DNA of 64,000 bases from Clostridia bacterium (GCA_017456555.1 JAFTJF010000006.1:75103-139102), one strand, 5' to 3'; numbered from the stretch's first letter, positions 28,728 to 39,503 are shown. Made by a program: numbers and translations. Notes: a model not told the origin generated them from the sequence alone.

Positions 28728-29726
28728 ATGAATTTTTTAGTAATCAATTTAAAAAAATATTTTTTCACAGTAATTTTTATACTGTTTACAATATCTCTTT
28801 TATTCTTTTCAGATAATAACTTAATAGCTGCCCAAGAAGGACTTGCTCTTTGGTCCACTAAAGTTCTTCCAAGCTTGTTTCCTTTTTTTGTTGCAACAGA
28901 GATTCTATGCAAAACAAATTTTGCTTATATTTTAGGCAGGTTTTTAAATAAATTTATGAGACCTATTTTTAATGTTCCTGGAGAAAGTTCCTTAGCTTTG
29001 ATTCTCGGAACAATCAGTGGGTATCCAGTGGGTGCTAAAGTAGTTTGCAATTTAAAACAAGAAAAAGTTATTTCAAAAATTGAAGCAGAAAGATTAATTG
29101 CTTACACAAATAATTCTGGTCCTTTATTTATTTTAGCAACTGTTGGTATATCTTTGTTTAATAACAAACGACTAGGAATAATCTTACTTGTATCACATAT
29201 TATTTCAGCAATTTTAGTGGGATATTGTTTTAAATATTGGAAAAAAAATAAATTTGAAATTACTTTTAAAGAATCTAAATTCAACTCAAAAAGCTTACCG
29301 ATAAAACTTTCAAATTTTGGTGAAATATTAGGAAATTCAATAAAATCTGCAATTTCTAACATACTTTCTATTGGTGGATTTATTGTACTTTTTTCGGTAA
29401 TATTATCAATTTTAAATACTTCTGGAATAATTAATCTTATCTCTAGCTTTTTTTATTTTTTTGGTATTCCACAAGAGATTTCATCAGCTCTATTTACTGG
29501 AATTATAGAGCTAACAAATGGTGTAAATCTTACTGCAAACTTATATAAAAATTATAATTTACTTAGTATTTTGCTAACCTCTTTTTTACTAGGTTTTGGT
29601 GGAATCTCAGTACTTTTGCAAGTATATAGCATTATTTCAAAAGAAAATATTTCTATAAAACCTTATTTTTATGGAAAACTACTTCAAGGAATATTTTCAG
29701 TAGTTTTTACATTTATACTACTTTAA
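28728..29726 (+). CDS. ylbJ: Sporulation integral membrane protein YlbJ (nucleoside-recognition domain family)
   Basis: Contains LALWSTKVLPSLFPFFVATEIL and GTISGYPVGAKVV. Confidence 0.75.
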   Translation: MNFLVINLKKYFFTVIFILFTISLLFFSDNNLIAAQEGLALWSTKVLPSLFPFFVATEILCKTNFAYILGRFLNKFMRPIFNVPGESSLALILGTISGYPVGAKVVCNLKQEKVISKIEAERLIAYTNNSGPLFILATVGISLFNNKRLGIILLVSHIISAILVGYCFKYWKKNKFEITFKESKFNSKSLPIKLSNFGEILGNSIKSAISNILSIGGFIVLFSVILSILNTSGIINLISSFFYFFGIPQEISSALFTGIIELTNGVNLTANLYKNYNLLSILLTSFLLGFGGISVLLQVYSIISKENISIKPYFYGKLLQGIFSVVFTFILL

Positions 29727-29786
29727 ATTAAATAATATATCTCAAAAAAATCGGATACTAATTTAGTACCCGATTTTTTATTTATT

Positions 29787-31523
29787 TTATTCTCCATCTA
29801 GTTTATATTTTTCTCTTGCTACATAGTGAGTATGTAATAATTCATGAGATTTATGACTTCCTGGTTTTTCAAAATATTCATCATATAATTTTTTGATAAC
29901 TGGATTTTCATGAGATTTTCTAATAACGCTCTTTTCATCAATTGTATATAAAGCATTTGCTCTTTTTGCTCTTATATCAATTGTAGCTCTTTCTTTAGAA
30001 GATCTAATAGGTTGACCACCACCCATTACACATCCTCCTGGACATGCCATAATTTCAACAAATTGATAATCAGCTTTTCCTGATTTAATTTCTTCCATTA
30101 TAACTTGAGCATTTTTTAATCCTGAAGCAACTGCTACTTTAACTTCTGTTCCATTTAAGTTTAATGTTGCTTTTTTGATTCCTTCTGCTCCTCTAACAGG
30201 TTCATATTCTAATCTTTCCATAGAATTTCCTGTAACTATTTCATGAACTGTTCTGATAGCAGCTTCCATAACTCCACCAGTTGTTCCAAAAATTGCTCCT
30301 GCTCCTGTAGCTTCTCCCATTGGATCATCAAATCCTGTATCTTCTAATCCTGTAAAATCAATGTGAGCTTGTTTAATCATTCTTGCAAGTTCTCTTGTTG
30401 TGATAACTGCGTCAACATCATTTATCATTTCTTCTCTAGAACTTTCAAATTTTTTAGCAACACAAGGCATTACTGAAACTACATATATTTTGCCTGGATC
30501 AATATTATGTTTTTCTGCATAATATGATTTAATTACAGCACCATACATTTGGTGTGGTGATTTACATGTAGAAAGATTTGGAATTAAATCTGGATAATTT
30601 AATTCTAAGTATCTAACCCATCCTGGACTACAAGATGTAATCATTGGAAGTGTTCCACCATTTTGGAATCTATCTAAAAATTCTGTTCCTTCTTCCATAA
30701 TTGTTAAGTCTGCTGCAGTATTTGTATCAAATACTTTATCAAAACCTAATTCTCTTAATGCTGTTACCATTTTTCCAGCCACATTTGTTCCGATTTCCAT
30801 TCCGAATTCTTCACCAAGTGCAACTCTTACAGCTGGTGCTGTTTGAACAACAACATATTTATTTTCATCTCTTAGCGCTTTCCATACTTCTTCTGTTGAA
30901 TCTTTTTCTTTTAAAGCTCCAACTGGACAAGCCTCAATACATTGTCCACAGAAGGTACAGTTTACATCATTTAATGATTTATTTTTGTATGTAGAAACTT
31001 CTGATGTAAATCCTCTGTTTGCAGAATCAATAGCACCAATTCCTTGAACTTTTTTACATGTTGCAACACATCTTCTACATAATATACATTTATTAAAATC
31101 TCTAACAATTGCAGGTGAAGCATCATCTATTTCATGAACATTTCTTTCACCTTTATATCTAATATCATCTACATAAAATTGTTGTGCTAATCTTTGTAAT
31201 TCGCAATTTCCATTTCTTGTACATGTTAGACATTCTCTATCATGATTTGAAAGAATTAAATCAAGTACAACTCTTCTTGCTTCAATAACTGTTGGTGTAC
31301 TTGTTTTTACCACCATTCCTTCTTCTGCTTTTTGAATACATGCTGTAGCAAGACCTCTTCTTCCTTCTACTTCTACAACACACATTCTACAATCTCCAAC
31401 TTCATTTACATCTTTTAAAAAGCATAATGTTGGGATATCTATATTGACTTTTCTAGCTGCTTCTAATATTGTTGAACCTTCTTCAACTTCAACATTTTTT
31501 CCATTTATAGTTAAATGTACCAT
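29787..31523 (-). CDS. hydA: [FeFe] hydrogenase catalytic subunit (HydA of a HydABC-type complex)
   Basis: N-terminal 2Fe-2S and 4Fe-4S domains. H-cluster motifs MPCVAKKFE and EIMACPGGCVMGGGQP. The L1 motif reads TSCSPGW. Confidence 0.9.
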   Translation of the reverse strand: MVHLTINGKNVEVEEGSTILEAARKVNIDIPTLCFLKDVNEVGDCRMCVVEVEGRRGLATACIQKAEEGMVVKTSTPTVIEARRVVLDLILSNHDRECLTCTRNGNCELQRLAQQFYVDDIRYKGERNVHEIDDASPAIVRDFNKCILCRRCVATCKKVQGIGAIDSANRGFTSEVSTYKNKSLNDVNCTFCGQCIEACPVGALKEKDSTEEVWKALRDENKYVVVQTAPAVRVALGEEFGMEIGTNVAGKMVTALRELGFDKVFDTNTAADLTIMEEGTEFLDRFQNGGTLPMITSCSPGWVRYLELNYPDLIPNLSTCKSPHQMYGAVIKSYYAEKHNIDPGKIYVVSVMPCVAKKFESSREEMINDVDAVITTRELARMIKQAHIDFTGLEDTGFDDPMGEATGAGAIFGTTGGVMEAAIRTVHEIVTGNSMERLEYEPVRGAEGIKKATLNLNGTEVKVAVASGLKNAQVIMEEIKSGKADYQFVEIMACPGGCVMGGGQPIRSSKERATIDIRAKRANALYTIDEKSVIRKSHENPVIKKLYDEYFEKPGSHKSHELLHTHYVAREKYKLDGE

Positions 31524-31583
31524 GAGTATTTCTCCTCTCGATTTATTTCAATTTTTATAATTATTTAAAGAAATTTGAATAAT

Positions 31584-33443
31584 TTAGTTCTTGATTGCGT
31601 GGAATGGGCATTTATTAATACAAGTACCACATTTTATACATTTTTCTAAGTCAATAACATGAGGTTGTTTAATTTCACCAACTATTGCATCAACTGGACA
31701 ATTTCTCTTACATAATCCACAACCTTTACAAAGTTCTGGTTCAATATGTAATTGCATTAATGATTTACATTCTCCAGCACTACATTTTTTCTCATATATA
31801 TGTTCTTCATATTCTTTTCTAAAATATTTTAATGTACTTAAAACTGGGTTTGGTGCTGTTTGTCCAAGACCGCAAACAGATGCTGTTTGAATATTTTTGC
31901 AAAGTGTTTCGATTTTCTCAATATCTCCATCTTCACCATTTCCAGCTGTAATTCTTTCAAGCATTTCTAATAATCTTTTTGTTCCTATTCTACATGGTGT
32001 ACATTTACCACAGCTTTCGTCAACTGTGAATCCTAAATAGAATTTAGCAAGGTTAACCATACATTTTGAATCATCCATAACGATTAATCCACCAGATCCC
32101 ATCATAGATCCAATTGCTTTTAATGATTCAAAGTCAATTGGTGTATCTAAGTGTTCTTCTGGAATACATCCTCCTGATGGTCCACCTGTTTGAGCTGCTT
32201 TGAATCCTCTTCCATTTGGAATTCCACCACCAATATCATATACTATTTCTCTTAAAGTAACTCCCATTGGAACTTCAACAAGTCCAACATTCATTACGTT
32301 TCCACCTAAAGCAAATACTTTTGTTCCTTTAGATGTTTCAGTACCAATTGATGAATACCAATCAGCTCCATTTAAAATAATTTTTGTTATATTTGCATAA
32401 GTTTCAACATTGTTTATTAATGTTGGTTTTTGGAATAAACCTGCATTTGCTGGGAATGGTGGTTTTAATCTTGGTTGACCACGTCTTCCTTCAATTGATT
32501 CTAGAAGTGCTGTTTCTTCACCACATACGAATGCTCCTGCTCCAAGTCTTATTTCTAGGTCAAAATTAAATCCTGTTCCCCAAATATTTTCACCTAAAAT
32601 TCCATATTCTCTTGCTTGATCTATAGCTTTTTGGAAACGTTTAACAGCTATTGGGTATTCAGCTCTAACATATATGTATCCTTTATTAGCTCCAATTGCA
32701 TATCCTGCAATCATCATTGCCTCAATTATACAGTGTGGATCTCCTTCTAATATACTTCTGTCCATGAATGCTCCAGGGTCACCTTCGTCAGCATTACATG
32801 CAACATATTTTTGATCTCCAACAGCCATTTTTGTAAATGACCATTTTTTACCTGTAGGGAATCCAGCTCCACCACGTCCTCTTAATCCTGATGCTGTTAC
32901 TTCTTCAATTACAGAATCTGGATTCATTTCAAATAAACATTTTTCTAATGCTTTATAACCATCAAATGCAATATATTCATCTATATTTTCTGGATCTATT
33001 ACACCACAGTTTTGAAGTGCAATTCTTTTTTGTTTTTTATAGAAAGTTAATTCATCTAATCTTTGAACTACACTGTTATCAATATCTTTGCAAAGTAATC
33101 TTTGAACTAATTCTCCGTTTTGAATATGTTTTTCAATAATTTCTTCACAATCTTCTGGTTTAACCATTGCATAAAAAACATCTTCTGGTCTAATAATTAC
33201 TATTGGACCTTTAGCACATAAACCAAAGCATCCTGTTTGAATTACTCTTACATTATCTATATTTTTTTCTTCTAATATTCTTCTAAAATTTTCAATTATT
33301 TTTGGTGATTTTGAAGAAGTACAACCTGTTCCATGACATACTAAGATATGTTTTTCTCTAGTATCAGCTGACATGTTTACTCTTAGGTCTAATTCTCTTC
33401 TTTTTTCTTCTCTAATTTTTCTAATTTCCTCTAATGTCTTCAT
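31584..33443 (-). CDS. hydB: NuoF-like NAD(P)H/FMN flavoprotein subunit (HydB)
   Basis: GLRGRGGAGFPTGKKW, a CGKCTPCR cluster site and C-terminal 2x[4Fe-4S] CxxCxxCxxxCP motifs. Confidence 0.9.
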   Translation of the reverse strand: MKTLEEIRKIREEKRRELDLRVNMSADTREKHILVCHGTGCTSSKSPKIIENFRRILEEKNIDNVRVIQTGCFGLCAKGPIVIIRPEDVFYAMVKPEDCEEIIEKHIQNGELVQRLLCKDIDNSVVQRLDELTFYKKQKRIALQNCGVIDPENIDEYIAFDGYKALEKCLFEMNPDSVIEEVTASGLRGRGGAGFPTGKKWSFTKMAVGDQKYVACNADEGDPGAFMDRSILEGDPHCIIEAMMIAGYAIGANKGYIYVRAEYPIAVKRFQKAIDQAREYGILGENIWGTGFNFDLEIRLGAGAFVCGEETALLESIEGRRGQPRLKPPFPANAGLFQKPTLINNVETYANITKIILNGADWYSSIGTETSKGTKVFALGGNVMNVGLVEVPMGVTLREIVYDIGGGIPNGRGFKAAQTGGPSGGCIPEEHLDTPIDFESLKAIGSMMGSGGLIVMDDSKCMVNLAKFYLGFTVDESCGKCTPCRIGTKRLLEMLERITAGNGEDGDIEKIETLCKNIQTASVCGLGQTAPNPVLSTLKYFRKEYEEHIYEKKCSAGECKSLMQLHIEPELCKGCGLCKRNCPVDAIVGEIKQPHVIDLEKCIKCGTCINKCPFHAIKN

Positions 33444-33495
33444 AGTTTTGCTCCCTTCTAAAATTTAAAATATATAAACCCTTAAAATTTTTTGA

Positions 33496-33972
33496 TTATT
33501 GTTCATTCATATATTTATCTAAAACTTCGTCCATCATTTTTACAGTAGCTTTACCATAAACCTCTTCATTTACTGTAAATACAGGAGCTAAACCACAGGC
33601 TCCAATACATCTTGTTGCTTCTAATGAGAACTTACCATCTTTTGTTGTTTCTCCAACATCGATTCCTAGTCTTTCTTTGGCTCTTTCTAGTACATTTTCA
33701 GATCCTTTAACAAAACATGCTGTTCCTAAGCAAACTGCTATATGGTATTTTCCTTTTGGTTTTAAAGTGAATCTTGAATAAAATGTAACAACTCCATAAA
33801 TTTCAGCCATTGGCATATTTAAATATTCTGAAATTGCCACTTGTGCTTTCTCTGGAACATATCCATAATAATCTTGTACTTCGTTTAAAATTTGAATTAA
33901 ATTATCTTTTGTTTGAACGTACTTGTTAAGTATTTCGCTCATTTTTGGATCAATTCCGAGTACATCCTTCAC
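33496..33972 (-). CDS. hydC: NuoE-like [2Fe-2S] subunit (HydC)
   Basis: Thioredoxin-like ferredoxin pattern: CLGTACFVKG ... CIGACGLAP. Confidence 0.88.
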   Translation of the reverse strand: MKDVLGIDPKMSEILNKYVQTKDNLIQILNEVQDYYGYVPEKAQVAISEYLNMPMAEIYGVVTFYSRFTLKPKGKYHIAVCLGTACFVKGSENVLERAKERLGIDVGETTKDGKFSLEATRCIGACGLAPVFTVNEEVYGKATVKMMDEVLDKYMNEQ

Positions 33973-34132
33973 ATCTTGTATTCTCCATACTCACTACTTT
34001 CTATGTTAGATTTTTTCTAACATATCTCCTTTCTTATTTATTTTAGGCTTTCGCCATTATAAACATCTTATAATTAAAATTTTCCTTTCAATTATATGTA
34101 TAGTTTGTCGATTTGATTATATCATATTAAAC

Positions 34133-34161
34133 TAAAATAGCAAAAGAATTTTGCTATTTTT
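34133..34161. terminator. Terminator after the small membrane-protein gene, upstream of the hyd operon
   Basis: ATAGCAAAA-GAA-TTTTGCTAT hairpin flanked by A- and T-runs. Confidence 0.55.
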
Positions 34162-34246
34162 CGACAAAAATCTGAAATCAAAATACAAAAAAAGATTAAA
34201 ACTTAGATAATAATATCTAAATTTTAATCTTTCCAATATTTTCCTA

Positions 34247-34444
34247 TTATAATGTAAAAAAGTTTATTACTATTTGAATAATATCAAAGCCTTTTGAAGC
34301 TGCAAATAAATATATAAATAGAATTACTCCTATAAATATAACAACTTTTGATATTGTTCCTAAAAGTTTTAATTTATATCTATCTGAAACTAATTTTACT
34401 ATTGCTGCTAATACTATAAATGGTACTACAACTAAATAAAGCAT
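34247..34444 (-). CDS. Small membrane protein (2 TM)
   Basis: 65-aa ORF made of two hydrophobic helices. Confidence 0.45.
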   Translation of the reverse strand: MLYLVVVPFIVLAAIVKLVSDRYKLKLLGTISKVVIFIGVILFIYLFAASKGFDIIQIVINFFTL

Positions 34445-34518
34445 ATTTTTTCTCTCCTTTTCGTTAATACATCTACATTATAGCACCTTTTATTGATTAT
34501 GTAAAGAGAATATAATGT

Positions 34519-34546
34519 AAAAAAGGCTAGCTATAAAAGCTAGCCT
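34519..34546 (-). terminator. Terminator after the aminopeptidase gene
   Basis: AGGCTAGC-TATAAAA-GCTAGCCT hairpin followed by a T-run on the minus strand. Confidence 0.65.
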
Positions 34547-34557
34547 CTTCATATTTT

Positions 34558-35961
34558 TTATTTATTAAAAAATGCTTTATATCCTTTGTAAGCTTGATAT
34601 ACATCAAATTTACTTGTTATTTCATAAGGTGAGTGCATTCCCATTACTGGAACACCAACATCAACAACATCCATTCCTCTATTTGCTAAAGTTAAGGCTA
34701 TTGTTCCGCCTCCACCTTTATCTACTTTTCCAAGTTCACAAGCTTGATATCTTGCTCCAACTTCATCAAATACTTTTCTAAGTTCAGCAACAAATTCTGC
34801 TGGTGCTTCAGAAGCTCCTGATTTTCCTCTTGCTCCTGTATATTTTACAAGTGACATTCCTCTTCCAAAATATGCTGAATTATTTCTTTCAAATGCATTT
34901 GGGAAGTTTGGATTATAAGCAGCATCAACATCTGCTGAAATTGCTTGTGTATTTGAAAATGCTTTATCTAATGATATTGCTCTTGTATTTCCTGTTTTTT
35001 CTAGAAGTTCTAATACAAATGTATCAAATATTCTTGTATACATACCTGTTACACCATTAAATCCAACTTCTTCTTTATCTGTTATTACACACATTGCTGT
35101 TTTTCTAGGATTAATTGTATCTATTATTGCTCTTAATCCTGTATAGCAACAAACTTTATCATCTTGTCCGTATCCTGCTATTAAACTATAATCAAATCCC
35201 ATGCTTTTTGCTTTAAAAGCAGGTACTAATTCGATTTCTGAACTTACGAAATCAACTTCTTTAATTCCATATCTTTCATTTAATAATTTTAATATATTTA
35301 ATTTTACTCTTTCTGAAACTTCATCAGAATCATATGGAATGCTTCCAACTAAAACATTTAATTCTTCACCTTGAACTCCATCTTTTAGTTTTCTTTCCAT
35401 TTGTTCTCCAGCTAAATGTGGTAATAAATCAGAAATTGTAAATATTGGATCTTCTTCTTTTTCTCCAATACAAATATTTACTTTTTCTCCATCTGGTTTA
35501 ATAACTGTTCCATGGATACTTAAAGGAATATTAGTCCATTGATATTTTTTAATTCCACCATAATAATGTGTTTTTAACATTCCTAAACCATTATCTTCAT
35601 ATAATGGATTTTGTTTTAAATCTATTCTTGGTGAATCTCCATGTGCTGCTACTATTTTTAAACCATTTTCTAAATTTTCAATTCCTATAACTGCTGCATA
35701 AAGACATCTTCCTCTATTTACATAGAATACTTTATCTCCTGGAGTTAAAGTTTCTTTTTCAGAAATATCAACAAATCCATTTTTTATTAATATTTCTTTT
35801 GAGTTTTGAACGATTTCTTTTTCTGTTTTTGAATTATTTAAATAATACATATATTCATCTGCAAATTGGAATATATTTTTTAATTCTTCATCAGATAAGT
35901 TTTCCCATCCATTATTTTTGTTTGTAAATAATTTTTCTTTAAGTTCTTTTCCGTCTGTCAT
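34558..35961 (-). CDS. M18-family aminopeptidase
   Basis: 467 aa, with AAHGDSPRIDLK and DKEEVG motifs. Confidence 0.85.
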   Translation of the reverse strand: MTDGKELKEKLFTNKNNGWENLSDEELKNIFQFADEYMYYLNNSKTEKEIVQNSKEILIKNGFVDISEKETLTPGDKVFYVNRGRCLYAAVIGIENLENGLKIVAAHGDSPRIDLKQNPLYEDNGLGMLKTHYYGGIKKYQWTNIPLSIHGTVIKPDGEKVNICIGEKEEDPIFTISDLLPHLAGEQMERKLKDGVQGEELNVLVGSIPYDSDEVSERVKLNILKLLNERYGIKEVDFVSSEIELVPAFKAKSMGFDYSLIAGYGQDDKVCCYTGLRAIIDTINPRKTAMCVITDKEEVGFNGVTGMYTRIFDTFVLELLEKTGNTRAISLDKAFSNTQAISADVDAAYNPNFPNAFERNNSAYFGRGMSLVKYTGARGKSGASEAPAEFVAELRKVFDEVGARYQACELGKVDKGGGGTIALTLANRGMDVVDVGVPVMGMHSPYEITSKFDVYQAYKGYKAFFNK

Positions 35962-36001
35962 TATATTACCACCTTTCTTTTCTTATGTATATTTTGTACA
36001 T

Positions 36002-37300
36002 TTATATAATTTCTATTATATTTTTCTTTGTAATTTTTCTATCACCAATTTTATAAGCATCTTTTATTCTTTCAACACATTCCATTGCTTTTTCTGGTGA
36101 ATTTGCGTGAATGTATGCTAAAACATCACCTTTTTCTACTTCATCTCCAATTTTTTTGTTGAAAATTAACCCTACTCTATAATCAATTGGATCTTCTTTT
36201 TGTTTTCTTCCTATTCCTAATTCTAGTCCTGCTTTTCCAACTTTACCAGCATCTAATTCTTCTACATAACCATCTTCCTCTGATAAAACTGGCATTATTA
36301 TTGGAGCTTTTTCAAATTTTTCTGGATTGTCAATATAAGATACATCTCCACCTTGTCTTATAACAAGTTCTCTAAATTTTTCAAAAGCTTTTCCATTTTC
36401 TATAACTTCCATTACTTTATATTTATTATCTAAAGCATTTGGATATAAACCAGATAAGTTCATCATTTGGATGCACATGTTTAAAACAACATCTTTAACA
36501 TCCTCTGCCATATTTCCTTTTAAAGCATGAATTGCTTCTACAACTTCAACTGTATTTCCTACAGAGTAACCTAAAGGTTCATTCATATCTGTTAATACAC
36601 ATACAGTTTCTCTTTTGGCTAATTTTCCAATTAGAGCCATTAATTTAGCTAATTTTTTTGCATCTTCTTTTGTATTCATAAATGCACCACTTCCACATGT
36701 TACATCTAATACAATTGAGCCTGCTCCTGCTGCTATTTTTTTGCTCATTATACTTGATGCAATTAATGGCATACTATTTGTACAACTAATAGTATCTCTT
36801 AATGCATATATTTTTTTATCAGCTGGTGCTAAATTCATTGTTTGTGTTATTAAACTAATTCCAATATCTTTTATGTTTTGTTTAAATTCATCTATTGAAA
36901 TATTAATATTATATCCTGGAATTGATTCTAATTTATCTGCTGTTCCTCCTGTTATTCCAAGTCCTCTTCCACTCATTTTTGCTACTGGAATTCCAAGAGC
37001 TGCAACTATTGGAGCAACAATTAAAGTAATTTTGTCTCCAACACCACCTGTTGAATGTTTGTCTACAATATTTTCTGAAATATCACTTAAATCTAAAATA
37101 TCTCCTGAATTAGCCATAGACATTGTTAATGCTAAAATTTCATCTTGTGTCATTCCATTAATACAAATTGCCATTATCAAAGCAGCTGCTTGATAGTCTG
37201 TTATTTTTCCATTTGTATAATTCTGAACAAAATATTCTATTTCTTCATCTGATAATTCTTTACCAACTTTTTTATTTTCAATAATATCTAATATATTCAT
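36002..37300 (-). CDS. pdp: Pyrimidine-nucleoside (thymidine) phosphorylase, copy 2
   Basis: DKHSTGGVGDK and SGRGLGITGGTADKLESIPG. Confidence 0.9.
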   Translation of the reverse strand: MNILDIIENKKVGKELSDEEIEYFVQNYTNGKITDYQAAALIMAICINGMTQDEILALTMSMANSGDILDLSDISENIVDKHSTGGVGDKITLIVAPIVAALGIPVAKMSGRGLGITGGTADKLESIPGYNINISIDEFKQNIKDIGISLITQTMNLAPADKKIYALRDTISCTNSMPLIASSIMSKKIAAGAGSIVLDVTCGSGAFMNTKEDAKKLAKLMALIGKLAKRETVCVLTDMNEPLGYSVGNTVEVVEAIHALKGNMAEDVKDVVLNMCIQMMNLSGLYPNALDNKYKVMEVIENGKAFEKFRELVIRQGGDVSYIDNPEKFEKAPIIMPVLSEEDGYVEELDAGKVGKAGLELGIGRKQKEDPIDYRVGLIFNKKIGDEVEKGDVLAYIHANSPEKAMECVERIKDAYKIGDRKITKKNIIEII

Positions 37301-37313
37301 TATTTATCATCCT

Positions 37314-38618
37314 TTATTTTATTATTTCTAAAACTCTAGATTTCATATTTAATTTTTTATTTGTAATTTTAAAGGCTTCTTTTAAATTTTGTGTTGTTCC
37401 ATTAATTTTAGAATCTTCATCTGTATGAATATATGCTAATGTTTCACCAACAGTTACATTATCTCCAATTTTTTTATTTATTGTAATTCCAGCTGTTCTA
37501 TTTATTTTACCAGAATCTTGCATTCTTCCAGCTCCTAAATATCTTGCTATACTTCCAACCATATCTGCATCTATTGCTTCAACTGTTCCTGCTTCTGTTG
37601 CTAAAACTGGCATAATATATTTTGATTTATCTAACAATTCAGGATCTTCTACAAATTCAACATCTCCGCCTTGAGCTTGTACCATTTCTTTGAATTTTTC
37701 ATAAGCTTTTCCTGTTTTCATAACTTCTTTAATCATGTTAGCATTTGCATTTAAATCTTTGCTATCTGTTGCTAAGGCAATCATTATACTTCCTAAAGCT
37801 TCAACTACATCACCTAAGTCTGGTGAAATAATTCCTCTTAAAGCCATTATTGTTTCTTTCATTTCTAAGTTATGTCCTACAGAATATCCTACTGGTTGGT
37901 TCATATCTGTTATTACACAAGCAACTTCTTTTCCTAAAGATTTTCCAAGTCTTACCAATAATTTTGCTAATCTTTTTGCTTCTTCATGTGTTTTAATATA
38001 TGTTCCTTTACCACATGTAATATCAAATACTATTTTATTACTTCCTGTTGCAACTTTTAAGCTCATTAAACTTGCTGCAATTATAGGAAGACTATTTTCA
38101 CATGCAACTTCATTTCTTAATTTATATATTTTTCCTTCTGCTGGTGCAAAATTTAACCCTTGATTCATAATACATACACCAACATCTTTTAAATTTTGTT
38201 TAAATTCATCTACTGTAAGATCTGTTTGGAATCCTGGAATTGATTCTAACTTATCTATAGTTCCTCCAGAAACTCCATATCCTCTACTAGAAACTTTAGC
38301 AACCGGAATATCTAAAGAAGCAAGTATTGGCATTAATAAAATTGTAGCTTTATCTCCAATTCCACCTGTGGCATGTTTATCTACAATATTTTCAGCAATA
38401 TCACTCAAATCAATCATATCTCCTGATTCAGCCATTGCTACACTTAAATAAAGAATTTCGTCTTCTGTAAGTCCATTAATGTAAATATAGCTTAATACGG
38501 CTGATGCTTGAGCTTCTGTTATTTCCTCTCTTACCAATTTACTAACGAAATATCTTATTTCTTCTTTTGTTAGTTCTTGTTTTAGTCTTTTTTTACGAAT
38601 GATACTTTTAATATCCAT
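37314..38618 (-). CDS. pdp: Pyrimidine-nucleoside (thymidine) phosphorylase, copy 1
   Basis: DKHATGGIGDK and SSRGYGVSGGTIDKLESIPG. It is collinear with its paralog. Confidence 0.9.
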   Translation of the reverse strand: MDIKSIIRKKRLKQELTKEEIRYFVSKLVREEITEAQASAVLSYIYINGLTEDEILYLSVAMAESGDMIDLSDIAENIVDKHATGGIGDKATILLMPILASLDIPVAKVSSRGYGVSGGTIDKLESIPGFQTDLTVDEFKQNLKDVGVCIMNQGLNFAPAEGKIYKLRNEVACENSLPIIAASLMSLKVATGSNKIVFDITCGKGTYIKTHEEAKRLAKLLVRLGKSLGKEVACVITDMNQPVGYSVGHNLEMKETIMALRGIISPDLGDVVEALGSIMIALATDSKDLNANANMIKEVMKTGKAYEKFKEMVQAQGGDVEFVEDPELLDKSKYIMPVLATEAGTVEAIDADMVGSIARYLGAGRMQDSGKINRTAGITINKKIGDNVTVGETLAYIHTDEDSKINGTTQNLKEAFKITNKKLNMKSRVLEIIK

Positions 38619-38645
38619 CCTACTCTCTTCCTTTCTTTAGTATAT

Positions 38646-39275
38646 TTATTTAACAAAATTTTTTATAAAACTTTTTCTATGTAAAATACATGGTCCATTT
38701 TCTTTTATTACTCTTATGTGTTCAGCAGTTCCATATCCTTTATGTTTAGCAAAGCCATATGCAGGATATATTTCATCCCATTCTTTCATTATTCTATCCC
38801 TTGTTACTTTTGCAATTATTGATGCTGCAGCTATAGAATAATTTTTGGCATCTCCTTTTACTACTGAAATATATGGAATTCCTAAGGTATCCATATTTGT
38901 TAAAGCATCTACCATTATTACATCTGGTCTTTGCTTTAATCCTTCTAAAGCAATTTTTACTCCTAGTTTTGTTGCATTTAAAATGTTAATTTCATCTATT
39001 GTTTTTTGGTCTACAATTCCAACACTATAACTAATTGCTTCTTCAATTATTTGTTCATATATTTTTTCTCTTTTTTTCTCAGAGATTTTTTTTGAATCAT
39101 TTACTCCTTCAATAAAAGAATCTTTTGGTAAAATAACTGCTCCAACAACAACAGGTCCAGCTAATGGTCCACGTCCAGCTTCGTCAATACCACATATATA
39201 TTGTATATTATTTTCATATAATTTTAGTTCTTCTTCTTTTAGTAAATTTAGTCTTTCAATCTCTTTTTCTTTCAT
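38646..39275 (-). CDS. rnhB: Ribonuclease HII
   Basis: ICGIDEAGRGPLAGPVV, DSKK and ASIIAKVTRD. Confidence 0.92.
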   Translation of the reverse strand: MKEKEIERLNLLKEEELKLYENNIQYICGIDEAGRGPLAGPVVVGAVILPKDSFIEGVNDSKKISEKKREKIYEQIIEEAISYSVGIVDQKTIDEINILNATKLGVKIALEGLKQRPDVIMVDALTNMDTLGIPYISVVKGDAKNYSIAAASIIAKVTRDRIMKEWDEIYPAYGFAKHKGYGTAEHIRVIKENGPCILHRKSFIKNFVK

Positions 39276-39503
39276 GTTTCGCCTTCTATATTTTGATATT
39301 TATATTATATCTTTTTGTAATTTTTTTATAATATTTTTTATATTTCGTTTTATTTTAATTTTAATTTAATTTTATAGAGTTATTATATCTATACGAGGAA
39401 AATATTTCAACACAAAATTGAATTTTTTCTTAATATTTCTATTGTGTATGAATATTTTTTGAGTTATTATATATTCAAACAAAAAATGTTATGGAGGTAC
39501 AAA

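Noticed and set aside
36615-38163. 192-aa and 142-aa plus-strand ORFs inside the two pdp genes. Similar antisense ORFs occur in clpC, aspS, rpoD, carD, the hyd genes and elsewhere.
   Set aside because: They lie antisense to strongly conserved genes. Such open frames are expected in AT-poor-stop contexts, and none has a recognisable motif or an RBS.
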